Assembly (NCBI GenBank): GCA_012026655.1
Contig: JAAILG010001221.1
Span: 1-64,000, forward strand
From: Hydrolagus affinis
Lineage: Eukaryota
Length of the DNA stretch: 64,000 nt
Direction: 5' to 3'
Both the position numbers and the translations under genes were made by a program. Shown here in pieces: positions 48,877-61,851 of the stretch. Position 1 is the first letter of the stretch. Every line of letters begins with the position of its first letter. The notes under the pieces are model-generated. The model saw only the letters and a list, made by a program, of their open reading frames with translations, was not told where the DNA came from and searched no databases.

Positions 48877-50275
48877 GTTCCTGCCCCCCTCAAAACTGCT
48901 GTCATCACCACCCTCCTTAAAAAACCCTCCCTAGATCCCTCAAACCCTAGCCACTACCGCCCTATTTCTAACCTGCCCTTCCTTTCAAAAGCACTGGAAC
49001 GCATTGCTGCAAACCAACTCCACGCCCACCTCTCCTCCCACTCCCTCTTCAAACCCCTCCAGTCCGGTTTCCGCCCTGCCCACAGTACAGAGACTGCTCT
49101 TGTGAAAGTCACAAACAACATCCTCTCTATCTGTGACCAGGGCTCCCTCTGCCTCCTTATCCTCCTGGACCTGTCCACTGCATTCGACACAGTCGACTAC
49201 GCCATCCTCCTCCAACGCCTGTCCTCCGTCATCCACCTCAGTGGGACCACACTCGCCTGGTTCGAGTCCTACCTCACAAACCGCCAGCAGTACATCTCTA
49301 CAAACAATTTTTCCTCCCACTCTTACCCAGTTACCTGTGGGGTACCCCAGGGATCCATCCTTGGCCCCCTCCTTTTCCTCATCTATACGCTCCTTCTTAG
49401 GGATGTCATCCGCAGACATGGGGCACACTTCCACATGTACGCGGATGACACCCAACTCTATTTCTCCACTTCACTTTGTGACCCCCAGTCCCCTGATGTT
49501 CTGTCAGCCTGCCTGTCAGAAATCAGAGGCTGGATGAGCGCAAATTTCTTGCAGCTGAATGTCGACAAGACGGAGGCCATACTCCTTGGCTCTCATCAAC
49601 TTTCCATTCATATGGCTCTCACCTCCTCCACCTTCCCGGCCTGCCCCGAAAACCCTCTGAACTTGTGCTCAACCTAGGCATCAGGTTCGACCCACCAACT
49701 GTCCTTCTTCCCCCACATCCGATCCGTTACCAGCACTGCCTTCTACCACCTCCGACGGATCGCCCGTCTCTGGCAATACCTCACCCCAAAAGTAGCTGAA
49801 ACCTTGGTCCATGCCTTTGTCACCTCTTGGCTGGACTATTGCAACACCCTCCTCGCTGGTCTCCCCTCCACCACAATCCACAAAATCCAGCTAATCTGAA
49901 CCTCTGCCGCCCGCATACTCACCTGCTCTAAGCTTTGCTCCCCCATTACCCCAGTCCTTGCCAGACTTCACTGGCTCCCTATCCCAGCGAGGATCGACTT
50001 CAAGATCCTCACCCTTGTTTTCAAATCCCTCCACTCCTCTGCACCCACCTATCTCTCTGATCTCCTCTCCCCCAAACCAGCACCCGCTGCCTTTGCTCCT
50101 CTGGGTCTGGCCTCCTCCATGTCCCCCGAATCCTCCGCTCCACCCTCGGCGGCCCTGCCTTCAGCCACTATGCCCTGAGGCTCTGGAACTCCCTTCCTCA
50201 CTCCTTTCGCCTCGCCCCCTCTCTACTCAGTTTCAGGTCACAGCTGAAGACCTTTCTCTTCGACCGCGCTTTTGG
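48877..50275 (+). pseudogene. disrupted LINE ORF2 reverse transcriptase
   Basis: YRPISNLPFLSK, QSGFRPAHSTETAL, LLDLSTAFDTVD, GVPQGSILGPLLF, YADDTQLY, LQLNVDKTE; frame breaks after about 49600 and an in-frame TGA near 49897. Confidence 0.93.
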
Positions 50276-50388
50276 TCACCTTTCTGCCCCTGCCCCTGGC
50301 TCGATCTCGGGATCCGCTATTGTAAAGTGCTCTGAGATGCCGTCTGGCATGGAAGGTGCTATATAAATCAAAGTTGTTGTTGTTGTTG
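48877..50388 (+). mobile_element. 5'-truncated L2-clade LINE (RT domain to 3' tail)
   Basis: RT motifs, 3'UTR stem-loop and (GTT)n tail; C-rich composition contrasts with flanks. Confidence 0.96.
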
Positions 50389-50559
50389 GAAGATTACCAA
50401 CATATCAGTCTTCTTGATAGAAAAACGACCGTGCATAATCAGCAAGTGGGCAATATCAAGCTGGGGTCAAGCAGCTCCTTTGCAGGAAGAGAGAGAGATT
50501 CACCCACTGGAGTGTATTCCCCTAACAAACAATGGTGGAGGCCTCGGCACAATGTATTG

Positions 50560-50785
50560 TTTGGCTAGAGAAAGCGTAAGTAAATTCCCTCCAAAATAAA
50601 ATACCATTAGAACATGTCCTGGTTAATCATCATCCAGTTAAAATGGTCATTCACTTCATGGATGCTTGTGGAACCTAGCTGTGGGCAAATGCCACTGCTA
50701 CATATACAGTTACTACACTTGACAGCAATTCCCTGAGAAATTTTGATACTGTAGGTCATCTATTAAATGTAATGGTTATTATTGG
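50560..50785 (+). mobile_element. old Deu-type SINE 3' half
   Basis: TGGTCATTCACTTCAT..ATGCTTGTGGAACCTAGCTGTGGGCAAATG...CAGTTACTACACTT. Confidence 0.55.
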
Positions 50786-53579
50786 TGATGTTTATTATTA
50801 CTGCTTTGGTCAAATAACAGAAAAAAAAGAAAGTTTATTTGACTGTGAAAAACATTTAACTCCTTTTGGAAACTATCCAAAATAATAAAATGACCATTGT
50901 AAAATAATCAGCGTCAAGCCAAGTCTATTATCTGACGTGCTTTTATTGAATACGGTTATCATACGCATAATGAACAGTACTGTGCATGACAAAAGGAGGG
51001 TGAATCTGCACTCAATAGTGCACATGGGAGACAAACATTCTACCCTTTGACCTGGGCAGGAACATAGCTTCCGCTATGTATGAATGGTATTTTGGTCAAA
51101 TAAAGCTTGCACTGAGGACTCGACTGATTTTTGAATGTTTATAGCAAGGACTTTAATAACACAGCATCCATATCTAATGAGTTCAAGGTTCCTCTATTCA
51201 GCCTTTCAAACGGGTCAATTCCTCAATGACATTTTCACTGCTTCCCAGAGTTCACCAACAGCCTCTCGGATTTTAGCTTTAACTGGTCAAATGCCATTTT
51301 ATGGTTGCATCAAATAGTATTGTTTTTTTGCAGCAGTGAAATATTAGCTTTATATTGCCTTTTAATGCTCGATTTAGCACAGCTCAGCAAAGTGCCACAT
51401 TCCAGGAAGGTATATTTGTACTTCAGTTATTAAGTCACTAAGGATGAACTGACTTTGATATTTGTCAGTTCTGTTAGATTTTTACCACATCTGTCTAATT
51501 CAATATTTGTTATAAAGGAAAGCATAAGTCAGCAAAGACTGGCACCGGAGTATTTTCTGATTCAACATCCTTAACCTTAGGGTGAAAAGCGGAAAAGAAA
51601 ATCTTGGGATGCAAATTGCCACACCAGCTAACGTGACTTTGACCAACTGAAGAATTAATGCTTTAAAGGGGCACCGTCCTCAAAGCAAAACATGGCAGAT
51701 CTTTTCTGCCTGCATTTCTTTCTGAGTCGATTGGCGTGTAAATTAAGGCAAATTACTCAACAGCACTCAACATGCACGTGACATTATCACCAAAAAAAAG
51801 TATAGCTCTTTTGTCTCTTCTGTCTCCCGAAAAAGAAACACCAGCACCATGAACATTTTCGTGAAGACTGAGACTCTTTAAAAGCAGAGTCTCCTACGTA
51901 CCTTTACATACACCACTTTTCTTGAAATATTTATGGATTTAAAATCATAAGTGATGAAATATCCACGTTGAGCTCAAGAGTTAGCAGGATTGTGTTAGAG
52001 ATGCTGTAAAAGGTTGTCAGAACAGCATTCCTGTATCTTCAAAGACAAGCAAGTACTGTACAACATAAAAATGCAGGAATCATTGGATATTGCTATAGCA
52101 CAGGTGGAATACTTCCAAGTTTCTAAATAGGTTAGTTTAAAACCAGAAAAGATTATTCCTCTCTTTCCCCCTACACTTCACTATAGTGGGCTGCATAGTA
52201 CACAGGCAGAGCAATAGACAATCTCAGGCTCTGCCAGTTGTTACCCAAGTGACCAATGTATCCCTGTGCTACTGGGTGGCCCCCACGAAGGGCCAACTGT
52301 TCTGTTTCGGGACTAACTACGATACTTAACAAGACCGTGCAAAGAATTCTGCCTCGCCAATTGGCAGTTCGCAAGTAGCTGTGTGTAACGCATTGCCTCC
52401 CTGTGACATGCAAATGTTACTCAATCTTTATATTAATTTAGTCAAAGGTATCAAAGAAGCTCCATGTTCCTCAGAGTAGTTTACTATAATCTGGTTCCCA
52501 TTCTTAACCGGCTTGTGCGTTTCCAAATATACCACAAGGTCAGAATTTTTTTTTACATTCTGTGATTAATGCTGAGAGCTGCAGAATGTTTAGACAGGGT
52601 CAGGACCTGGGCAACATTTAATCAAATTTCTCTGCTGCTTGTCCCAGTGGAACTGGTAGAGAAGAAGTCTCTCATTGCGGGGCTGCACTTCAAATTTCCA
52701 ATTGTTTACACGCTGTTAAGTAATTATTTCACTCCTGAACCTAGCCTTCAAGAGACACTAACCTCCTCAGAGAAAATAAGAGCTTACTCAGCTGAGTATA
52801 ATATAAGTCTTTTTTCTCACACCCCCTTTGTGAAAGTGACAGCTCGGCTCAAACCATTCTTTGCCTATATTTTCACATGTAAATCTGTGTTAATGATTTC
52901 TCTAATTGGGTGCTTATTTGTCACACCCATTAAAAGCCGCCTCTTTGTTTGCTGATGTCATCATTTTGCATTATCAACCATTACTTCCCTTTGTGTGAAG
53001 TTCACATCACCCTTGTGGTCGAACAAGTGATTCAATATTTATCCAGGAGTTTCAATAACACACTGATCCTTGAGGTATCTCATCTCCAGGGCAAAGATCA
53101 TAAATGAAAAAGCAACTGTGAAAAATACAATTCTATTTCTCTATATAAAAAAACCTACAGTATCATTTGAACTCAGAACAAAATACATTGTAGAGTTACC
53201 CAGTAAGTTCATAATTTGATTAATGATCATCCTAGCAACTTCATGTTTCGCGATATTTTGCAGAGCCATTTTTCCAAACTGAGTGTCTGTTTTCACAGGT
53301 TATATCATGGATGCGTGCGCACCTTCACTCAACCTTAGAATAATCACATTTTATATGCACAGGAAATCATTTTGCGGGCTATTCTATGACAGGAAATGTC
53401 CTCAAAAGTTTATAAGTGGCAAGGAAACTTCATAAACTTTATACAGCAAATGGGAATTAAGTTGGGAGGTAGTTTTCTGCTGCGATGCATGAATAATCAC
53501 ACACTGCGCAAGCAAACGGCCACTTCGTGCAATGTATGAAAACAGTTGTGTTTGAAACTGTGTATGAAAACACGCCTCC

Positions 53580-53657
53580 TGTACAGCGCCTTGGGACGTC
53601 CTCCCGACGTGAAAGGCGCTCTATAAGTGTAATTTGTTGTTGTTGTTGTTGTTGTTG
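53580..53657 (+). mobile_element. young L2-type stem-loop/tail copy with (TTG)n
   Basis: TGTACAGCGCCTTGGGACGTCCTCCCGACGTGAAAGGCGCTCTATAAGTGTAAT-(TTG)n; CpGs intact. Confidence 0.85.
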
Positions 53658-54656
53658 TCCAGTAACCCAAAGCATCTGGGAAAGAGTGATTTATCAAATT
53701 CACTCTGGGATATAAGACCCATAAATGTGTTACACTATGAATAAAAGACAACCAGTCAAAGTGTTGGGTACTTTTTTCGTATACGCTGAGAGTCTGTTCT
53801 ATCTATGAATGTGAAAAATTAGATTCCATAATACGCAAGAGCACCTCCTGGTGGAGGCAGAGACTTGACTCCCTGACTGGTGTCGGAGATGCCTGGAGTC
53901 GGCTCATTCTGTCTGAGGACAGAGAGGAGCGTGACAGGGATAACGTTGGGGGTAAAAATGACAAAGATTTGAATTGCAATCGAAAAATCTCACTCCACAA
54001 ATCACTGATAGAGAGTGAAGTTAAATATCGTTTGGAGCTGCCCTGCTGATGCTTACAGCTTTGCTACTGACAGACAGCAACACTGTTGGTTACAACAGCG
54101 CTCAAGTACAGTGGTACTTTATTTTTCTGTCTTTATTGATGATTAAATCAGCAAAAAAAAATAAAACTCTCCACAATAACCTTGCATCTATTACACTGTG
54201 ATTACAGTTTAAGGTTATCTGTTTGTGAAACCAATATAGATATGCAAGCACAGGAGCATGGAAAAAAATGTATTATAAAATTCTATTGCACTTCAGTAAA
54301 ATCTATACCTCTGATGCAACTTGAGATGTGTAATGGAATCTGGGAGTACAGTAACTGATTATCACTCTTTTACCCTTGGTATTACTGCATAAAACCAGTT
54401 TATCACGAGTTGTTGAGGAATGCATCCAACCTTAAAATGCCTTACGCCAATAACATACACAGCAATTCTCAAAAGCTTTGTTGCATTATTAAGAAAACTA
54501 AAAACTACTAACTCACAATCAATAGAAAAACAAGGTTTGCCTTTATTGTGTATGTATCTTTCTTTGCATCGATATGAGTGAAATCTACATTTGTTCATGT
54601 GCAACATCCGCATATTATTTATAGCAAAAATTCCAATTGTGTACAACTGTGTTATT

Positions 54657-54971
54657 AATAATAATAATAATCCTTGCATTTGGTGTAGTGCTTTTCACAT
54701 CTTCTTGACATCTGAAAGCACTTCACAGAGAATACTGTAAAGTGAATTGACTGTATATTTGTATATATTTGTGAGCGAAAGTCGGTAGACATTTGTGCAC
54801 AACAGTGTCCCACAAACAGTCATGAGTGACCAAATTTTTTTAATTTTTTTTTGCAGGGTCTATTATCAGGTGTGTGGATTAAGGAACCTTGGCCAAGGTT
54901 TCACCCCGCCGGGAATTGAATTCAGGTCTCTCGCTTGTAAGGCGAGTGTTCTAACCACTGAGCTGCAGGAC
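54657..54971 (-). mobile_element. full-length tRNA-headed SINE
   Basis: Minus: GTCCTGCAGCTCAGTGGTTAG (A box), CTCGC-CTTACAA-GCGAG anticodon-like arm, ATTCAATTCCC (B-box-like), core and (ATT)n tail. Confidence 0.92.
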
Positions 54972-55039
54972 TCCACAATTAAATACAACTACAGTTTATG
55001 AATATAGCCGTGGGAGCTGTAAAGTCAATCTGCTTTAGA

Positions 55040-55270
55040 GGCTCCTGTTTATGCAGAGAATGAGTTGGGATAAGGAATGCTCTGCTGGAGTGGTGATTCA
55101 GGCAAAATCCACATTAGCCTTCAAAGGGGAGCTAGATAAATATCTAAAAAGGAGTAACTGCAGAAGTGTGAGGCGAGGCCAGGTGAATGTAACTTAAAAA
55201 ATTGCTCTTTGAAGATCCAGCACTGACACAAATCTCCTTCTTCAGTGCTATCAATTTCCATGGATCTAAA
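55040..55270 (+). mobile_element. old CR1 3' fragment
   Basis: GGAATGCTCTGC...CCTTCAAAGGGGAGCTAGATAAATATCT (WN.L...FKGELDKYL), then GCTCTTTGAAGATCCAGCAC. Confidence 0.65.
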
Positions 55271-57473
55271 TTTCTAAGTTATTAAAAGTCAGATGGTCTG
55301 ATCTAATGATAGATGCAAAACATTTTCCACAATGAAATGTTGATCACTGATGAAACAAAAAAAATCCAGTTATTGTTCTTCATCCACTCAGTAAGTGTTG
55401 TCATGGATGTCACAAAACACACCGCTGAAGTCTCCAAAATTAAGAGGTAATGAATGTTACTTTTTTTAAATAAATAAATGAATTTTATAAATCCTTTGCT
55501 CATTATAGACCCACCAGCACCCCTTGCCTGTCTTGTCATTTCAACCATAACCCATGGACCTCCTGACCTGGTGAGAGGAAGATCACTCACAACAACTTTG
55601 TGTTGCAATCTAGTCGACAGTAATCAAGATATGATTTTGATGGGTACGATATTTGGTAATTATATATATCTTGTTGACTCAGCATCTGATTGACAAACAG
55701 AGAAGTTAAGTCAAAGAGAGCATGCTGCAGATTTCTGCGTGATTATTACCTTATTGACTGACACAGACAAGGACATTGTTCCAAGGATTCTGAAACAGTC
55801 ATTGTCCCAACTCTTCTGAAAGAGTAAGGCAGTGCTGAAATGCTTCCAAGAGATTTAGTTGCTAATGAATGCATTCCTAGAAGTTTGTCAGCAACTTTGA
55901 ATTATACTGACTCATGATACATTGAGTTAATATGACTACATTTTAAATAATGAAACCTTGATTTTTGAAGTAAATTAAAACAATATTCCAACATAACAGA
56001 GAGCTTGCAGTGTGCACGTATTGCCACAGCATTTCATCTATAATGGAATACAATTCTAATACTATAACCACACATAAACTTTTTTTTAATATAAGAAAGA
56101 ATGCAACCACTTCAGATCCTATTGCAGATCTATAGTATGCCCCAGGGATGATATACTAGTCTAGGAAACTGAGGTCCTATTGTCTACATTTGTGTTTGAA
56201 AGTGGGGAAGATCAGCGTAAATAGTCTGCTGTGGTATCATCACTGAGCACTGATGTCATGATATCAACTTCAAAGCATGCCCAATGAAGCTTGTCTGCCC
56301 CAGACATTGCTCACCTGCCTGAAAATAACTGCCAAAGATAATGCAATTTCTTTTCTTTGGGATTCATGGATAAATATGATTTGTCTGAGAAAGGAATACT
56401 TATTTGAAAGAAAGCGAGCAAATTCTTATTTCCTTTGTGTTTCAGCAAGTCCAAGTCATATCAAGCATGGCTGAAGCTGGACCCGGTTAGGTGAACATGT
56501 GTTTGAGTTAAGACAAAATGATTACAACTAATTTTTATGCCAAAGAGTAGTTAGGGTGCCAAAATAAAGATCAAGTCTTGAGGTGCATTCATGGTTAACA
56601 AGTTTGATCAAAGTTGTTACATAACTAAAGTTACACAACTAAACTCTTTCACGTGAAGGAGTTCAAATCATACAAGTGAAATGCAAAAATAGTCAAATGA
56701 TGTCCAGGGCTGAAGGAATATGAAACGGGATTATTCATGATGAACAATAAAGTATAGGTTAGTGCAATATGTCTTCTTCCATTAGATGTCACTAGTGTAT
56801 TTAAGAAATGTTGCATTGTATTACATTTCCCAAGCTTGTTAAAAGTTAATCTGGGAATGGAACACAATTATTGTACAAACATTATTGTCCGAAACGTTCC
56901 ATTTCGATTCTTCGATTAGAATACGGATTCTTATTCCTCGATCCAGCAGTGATGGAAATGCTGTTATCTATGGCTTAGACTATTAAGGTTTTGTAGGTAA
57001 ATAAAGTTTGTTGCAGCTCTAATCAGTCTGTAAGGCAAAGATGATAATCTAAAGATTTCTTCAGGATACATGGTTTGGGACAGTAAACAATTAAGACTTT
57101 CCTTTGTAGTTCTGATTACATGTTACTGCACTCTATATACTTATTCAACCAAACTGGAAAACAATTTAGTTGCTGTACAATATGCAAAAATAACAAGGAA
57201 TTGTTTTGTTTAAGAAACAAGACAGAGGAAACATGGAGGGATTAAAAGATTAATTACTGCAGTTCTTTTTTCTGTGTTTTCTAACTGACCAATGCAGAGA
57301 AGGAGAAAGATGATGTACTGTATAACTCCCGTGTTAGATGATATACAATTATGTATGAAGCTGTGATGTGTATGAGCATCAATGGTATATTTACATTTAA
57401 AAGAATTAGAATCCCCAAACTATCATGTTCATATTTTAAGTGCTTATATTACAGTACAATGTTGAGGCTTAGT

Positions 57474-57545
57474 AATAACAATAACAACCACAAAATTACA
57501 CTTGCACAGAGCCTCTCAAGTCAGGAGGATGTCCTAAGGAGCTGT
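57474..57545 (-). mobile_element. L2-type stem-loop/tail copy
   Basis: (AAC/AAT)n-AAAATTACACTT...GAGCCTCTCAAGTCAGGAGGATGTCCTAAGGAGCTG. Confidence 0.7.
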
Positions 57546-57899
57546 TGAGTTTATTGTACTCTCATCTAAAATGGTATAAGTATATTACTTTCCTCTCCCC
57601 CAAACAACCCCCCCCCACCATCACCACACCACCCTCAGTTCCTGGGAGCTCTGGTTCCATTGGCATAGTCAACCCGAGTTTGTTGCCCAAGTTATTAAAA
57701 TGATTTGAAAAGTGCAACTGAAAATTCCTTTTCATTTTTGACATTTAAAGAGAAGCTGGAAAGCAAGGGGCTAAAGTCTAACTTCAGTGGCACTGATGGC
57801 TTGCCAGACATTACTGCACAATCATTAGTCATAAAATGTCTGTACTTTCAAATTCATACGTCAGTCATTATCTTAAAATTAGAAAGTGTAAAACTGGGG

Positions 57900-57990
57900 A
57901 GCTAAGTGGTGCAATGTGTTAGCACACTGTTCTTTCACCTTTGGGACTTGGTTTAAATCTAACCCAGACTGATGGAAAGAAAATGTTCTA
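57900..57990 (+). mobile_element. LF-SINE-like 5' head relic
   Basis: CTTTCACCTTTGGGACTTGGTTTAAATCTAACCCAGACTGATGG resembles LF-SINE CCTTTCACCTCTAGG..GGGTTCAAATCCAGCCCAGG. Confidence 0.5.
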
Positions 57991-60900
57991 CTAATGTTTT
58001 GCTGCTCTCTGAATTTTACATTAAGATGCAAGATGTGTGACAGCCAACGGCAAGAGCTGTTTGTCTACTCGTGCTGTGTAACAATTTACTGATGTATCTC
58101 GTGACGAATGTTCAATTTAAAATAAGGTCATGAAGGAAGTTTCATTGCAGTCATTAAAAATGTATTGCAATAGATATTTAGACATTTTTAAAAGTTAGGG
58201 TGCAGGATTTAATAATACCAATCGAGAGTTCTGGTTGCAAATTGAGGAAACATTGACACATCTGTGCTTAGTGCCAGTGGATTAGTTGTTGGCATGCAAA
58301 TGATGGTTAAATCATTTCTGTAGTCAACTATATTATGGTAATTACATGTAGATAAACATAAAGCCAGTAAATCTCATTGTACACTGTAGGTGCAAAGTAC
58401 CAATAAGTGGTTAATGCCTATCGTGGTGTTATAAAAGGAGTGAACACCTCTGAAGGGCAGTTCAACTAACTAATTCTTAATGCTAACGCATTGGGAATTT
58501 ATAGGCATTTTTTTTGGTCCCCCAAACCTCAAATAATGCACACTCTCAGAGGGAGATATTTGGCAGAAAGTCAACTGAGGCATTGATCTTACGTTTCAAA
58601 TAAAACCACCAGGATGAAACTAACAATTATGAATCACACCTGAATCTGCAGATTAAATTACGACTGGTAACTTATTCCCAGTGAGTGTGTGTTTCTTTTA
58701 ATCATTTTTATGATCATGTAATTTGACACTGACGTAGGACTTTCATGTATTGTCATGCATATGTGCAGGAGGTTTAGATCCAATGATTTAGGAACAAGGA
58801 TACTACAGCTGGTTGCAATGGCCTGAAGCTATAGTGTCACATGACAGAACTTGTAGCACCAACAATTTGCTTCAGCAGCTTTGCGCCACTTTATGAACAA
58901 TGCAGTAAATGTATGAGATCATTACGTTTCCTTTCTGTTCAGTTAACAGTTCGGGTGCGCTCCTCACCGACGGTATAAGGGGAGCCAGCTATGTTATGAT
59001 ACTCTATTTAAATTTAACTGATGTTAGGTGGTGTCGTTGACCATCCAATTATTCTATGCAAATACATTTATATGAAGAAATAAAGAAAATTTGTTCGGTT
59101 AAACAATGCATTTTTCATAGATTCAGAATTGAAATTGCAAACAGTTGCTTTGACGAAAGTAATGGGAGTGCAATTATCTGGAACTACATTTGGAACCATT
59201 TTCAAATAGTCACGAGAGATTTTTTTTCAGACAGCTTCAATTGTGTGCGAAAAATGCAACGTGTGAAAAATATGTTTCTCAGAAATCTGTCCTTTGGCTT
59301 TTAGAAGCATTTAGAAGCGTGCAGCATTTGGAACTCAAGTCCCACACCAATAATGTTATCTTTCTTTGAATAGCTTGGAAAACAAAGTTTCTAAACAGTA
59401 CAAGATTTATCGTGTAATTCACAGTGCAATCTGTCACTACTGGGAATGTTCCCAGTGCTTAGAAAATAAACCATTTTGCCAAAAATTATGACACTAAATG
59501 AAACAAATGCACAACTAGGATACTCAAACGTTACAAACCTGTAAAAGGAAATTAAAACATTAGTTACGATGACAATTACTGATTCAGTAATACTGTGAAG
59601 GCAAAACTGTTTGGGTGGACGATGTTTCCAATCTGCTCAATGTGTCCACATATTGAGATTTTTTACATTGTATATGAAAACACAGAACTATGCCTTAATT
59701 GAATTATCTGCTATATTGAATTGTGAAGCAAGAGCCTAGAAACTTAATGACTATTTTAGACCTACTTTCAATTAGGTTGTTCAAAAGAATTCAATAAGGA
59801 TATACAGATTAGTGCCAGGCAAACTGCAAGTCAAAAAGTCCTTTCAGGATTCCTGTGTTAATGATTATTTACAATGAATCATGTATTCATTGTTCCTCTG
59901 TTCTGACATGTTCCTTTATTACTGTCTTTTTTTAATCCACACAAATGAGCCCAGTGTAACAGCTGTGCGATCTTAATGACAATTTCATCTCTGTTTTAAT
60001 GGTTTGAAGCAAATAATTAAAACCTGTATTTACCTTCCGCTGCTTAGCTGCAATTCAGTGTTTTTCATTTTGTATCCAAGCAATGACATATTGATGTCAC
60101 AGATAATAAATCACTCCAATTTGTTCGTCTCTGAACAACAGCCTTAATCTTCATTTATGACTACAAAGTCCATTTCATGGAAGCCTCTGATAAAATACTC
60201 AATTACCATTTTTCTGCTGCATACACACAGCACAATTCAATTGTCATGCTGATAAAATGTTCAGCTTAGCAGATAAACTGCATATAATTCCAGCAGAACA
60301 AATGTCAAGAACATTTAACATAAGCAAGAATTTGCTGATTTCTTTGCAGTCTATTCTCAGTGACACAGGATTCAATATTTTTTTTGGCCTAAAGCTGACG
60401 ATTAGAATATTTTCCTGACACCTGCTCCCAACAGTAAAACATTTAATGCATTAAAAATTAATAAGACAGCACACTGCTAGAGTTCCGAGGTCATTTGAAA
60501 CAAAGATTACAAAGCATGCAAACCCACTGCGGACAAATGGGAAGAACCAAATCAGAGGGAAAGAATGAATAGAGCAATGGGGAAAAAAAATATCAGGCTA
60601 CAGAAATATAGATAGAACAAATAGCTATTTAGAAACATATCATTGCCAATCCAACAGAATAATTTTCTTGAGTCATTCATTTTGAATATCTAAAAATAAT
60701 TATGCATAAATGTCTACATCTCTTCCAGATTTATTAACTGAATATGTTGATTCCATTTTTAAATTCAGAAAATGTGTGCTACTACAAATCAAGCTCCATC
60801 CCCAAAACCAAGATGATACACCATGCGGTTGTGAAGTCGCTGGCTCTAGCTCCTACCAATCACCACACCTGCTGTAATGAAACCATCTGGTATAGTTCTA

Positions 60901-61804
60901 GGATCAGAGACAGTGGCTGCTAAACAGTATTTATTCAATGGAGGCACCTTGCAAATTATTTCACACATGCGCATTGGAAAATGTATAACAAACAAGACAT
61001 AACTTTTCCCGGGAAAGCCACAGAGAATAGGAATGTCAAGCAATGAAAGCATAAGTAGCGTATTGATTTTAAAATATGCAGCAAGTTCTGTTTGTTTCAG
61101 GAAACACCTATAAATCATTTTCTTGATAACGGCTGTGCATTTTAATGACCAGTGGATCCAGGTTAAAAAGTCCCAGGTTAAGCATTTTCTACAGTGAAAA
61201 CAAAATATCACAAGTAACAAATAAATACCTGAGGCATGAACGTAACTGTACCGAACAGCTCAGATATTGTGCCCTTTTTTTTAAAAAAGAAAGCCACACG
61301 TTTTCTTTCTTCCTTGCTCCTAAAGTTTGAGTAAGAATTGATTGTGATTTTACATAATTCATTCTAAAAGTCATCTGTATCTAATGCATTACATTTCCCC
61401 TCCTCTTTACATCGGTCTATGCCTCACACCATTCCACAGACCAGCAACAAAGCTGACAGGTACAACTTCTCCCACTACGCCAGTAGGTATGAAAGAATAT
61501 CCTTTACCCCACCCCATATGTGGTGAAGCAGCTTGAGGGTATGTCCCATATCCTCTTACGCTTAGGTTGAAATTAGACAGTAGCCCATTGCAGAAAAACA
61601 TCAACATAGGTTCACGTCCCATTGCTGTTGAGCATCCACATAGCACAGTGCATGACCACTGTGAAACTATCATTTACAAACTGCATATAACTAACAGAAA
61701 CAGGAAGTGGTCAACTCTCGCAATCTACATTCATAATACCAGTAGTGTTGCTTTGCATGGACGAAGCTCGTAATTCTGTATCCAAGCAAATGTTTTCTTT
61801 TCTT

Positions 61805-61851
61805 CCAGCGTGGAGGGCGCTATATAAATTCAAGTTGTTGTTGCTGTTGTT
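61805..61851 (+). mobile_element. partial L2 tail copy
   Basis: CCAGCGTGGAGGGCGCTATATAAATTCAAG-(TTG)n. Confidence 0.75.

Noticed and set aside
48954-49455. Minus-strand ORFs over the LINE (78 and 156 aa)
   Set aside because: Antisense shadows of the RT frame.
53741-54049. About 100-codon stop-free + frame (RQRLDSLTGVGDAWSRLILSEDREERDRD) and a CTCF-like CCACCAGGAGGTGC on minus
   Set aside because: No ATG, clear splice sites or recognisable homology; length expected by chance; the CTCF match has two core mismatches.
54895-54971. tRNA-like cloverleaf with TAC loop
   Set aside because: It is the head of a SINE, continuous with core and tail; acceptor and T arms are imperfect, so not a tRNA gene.
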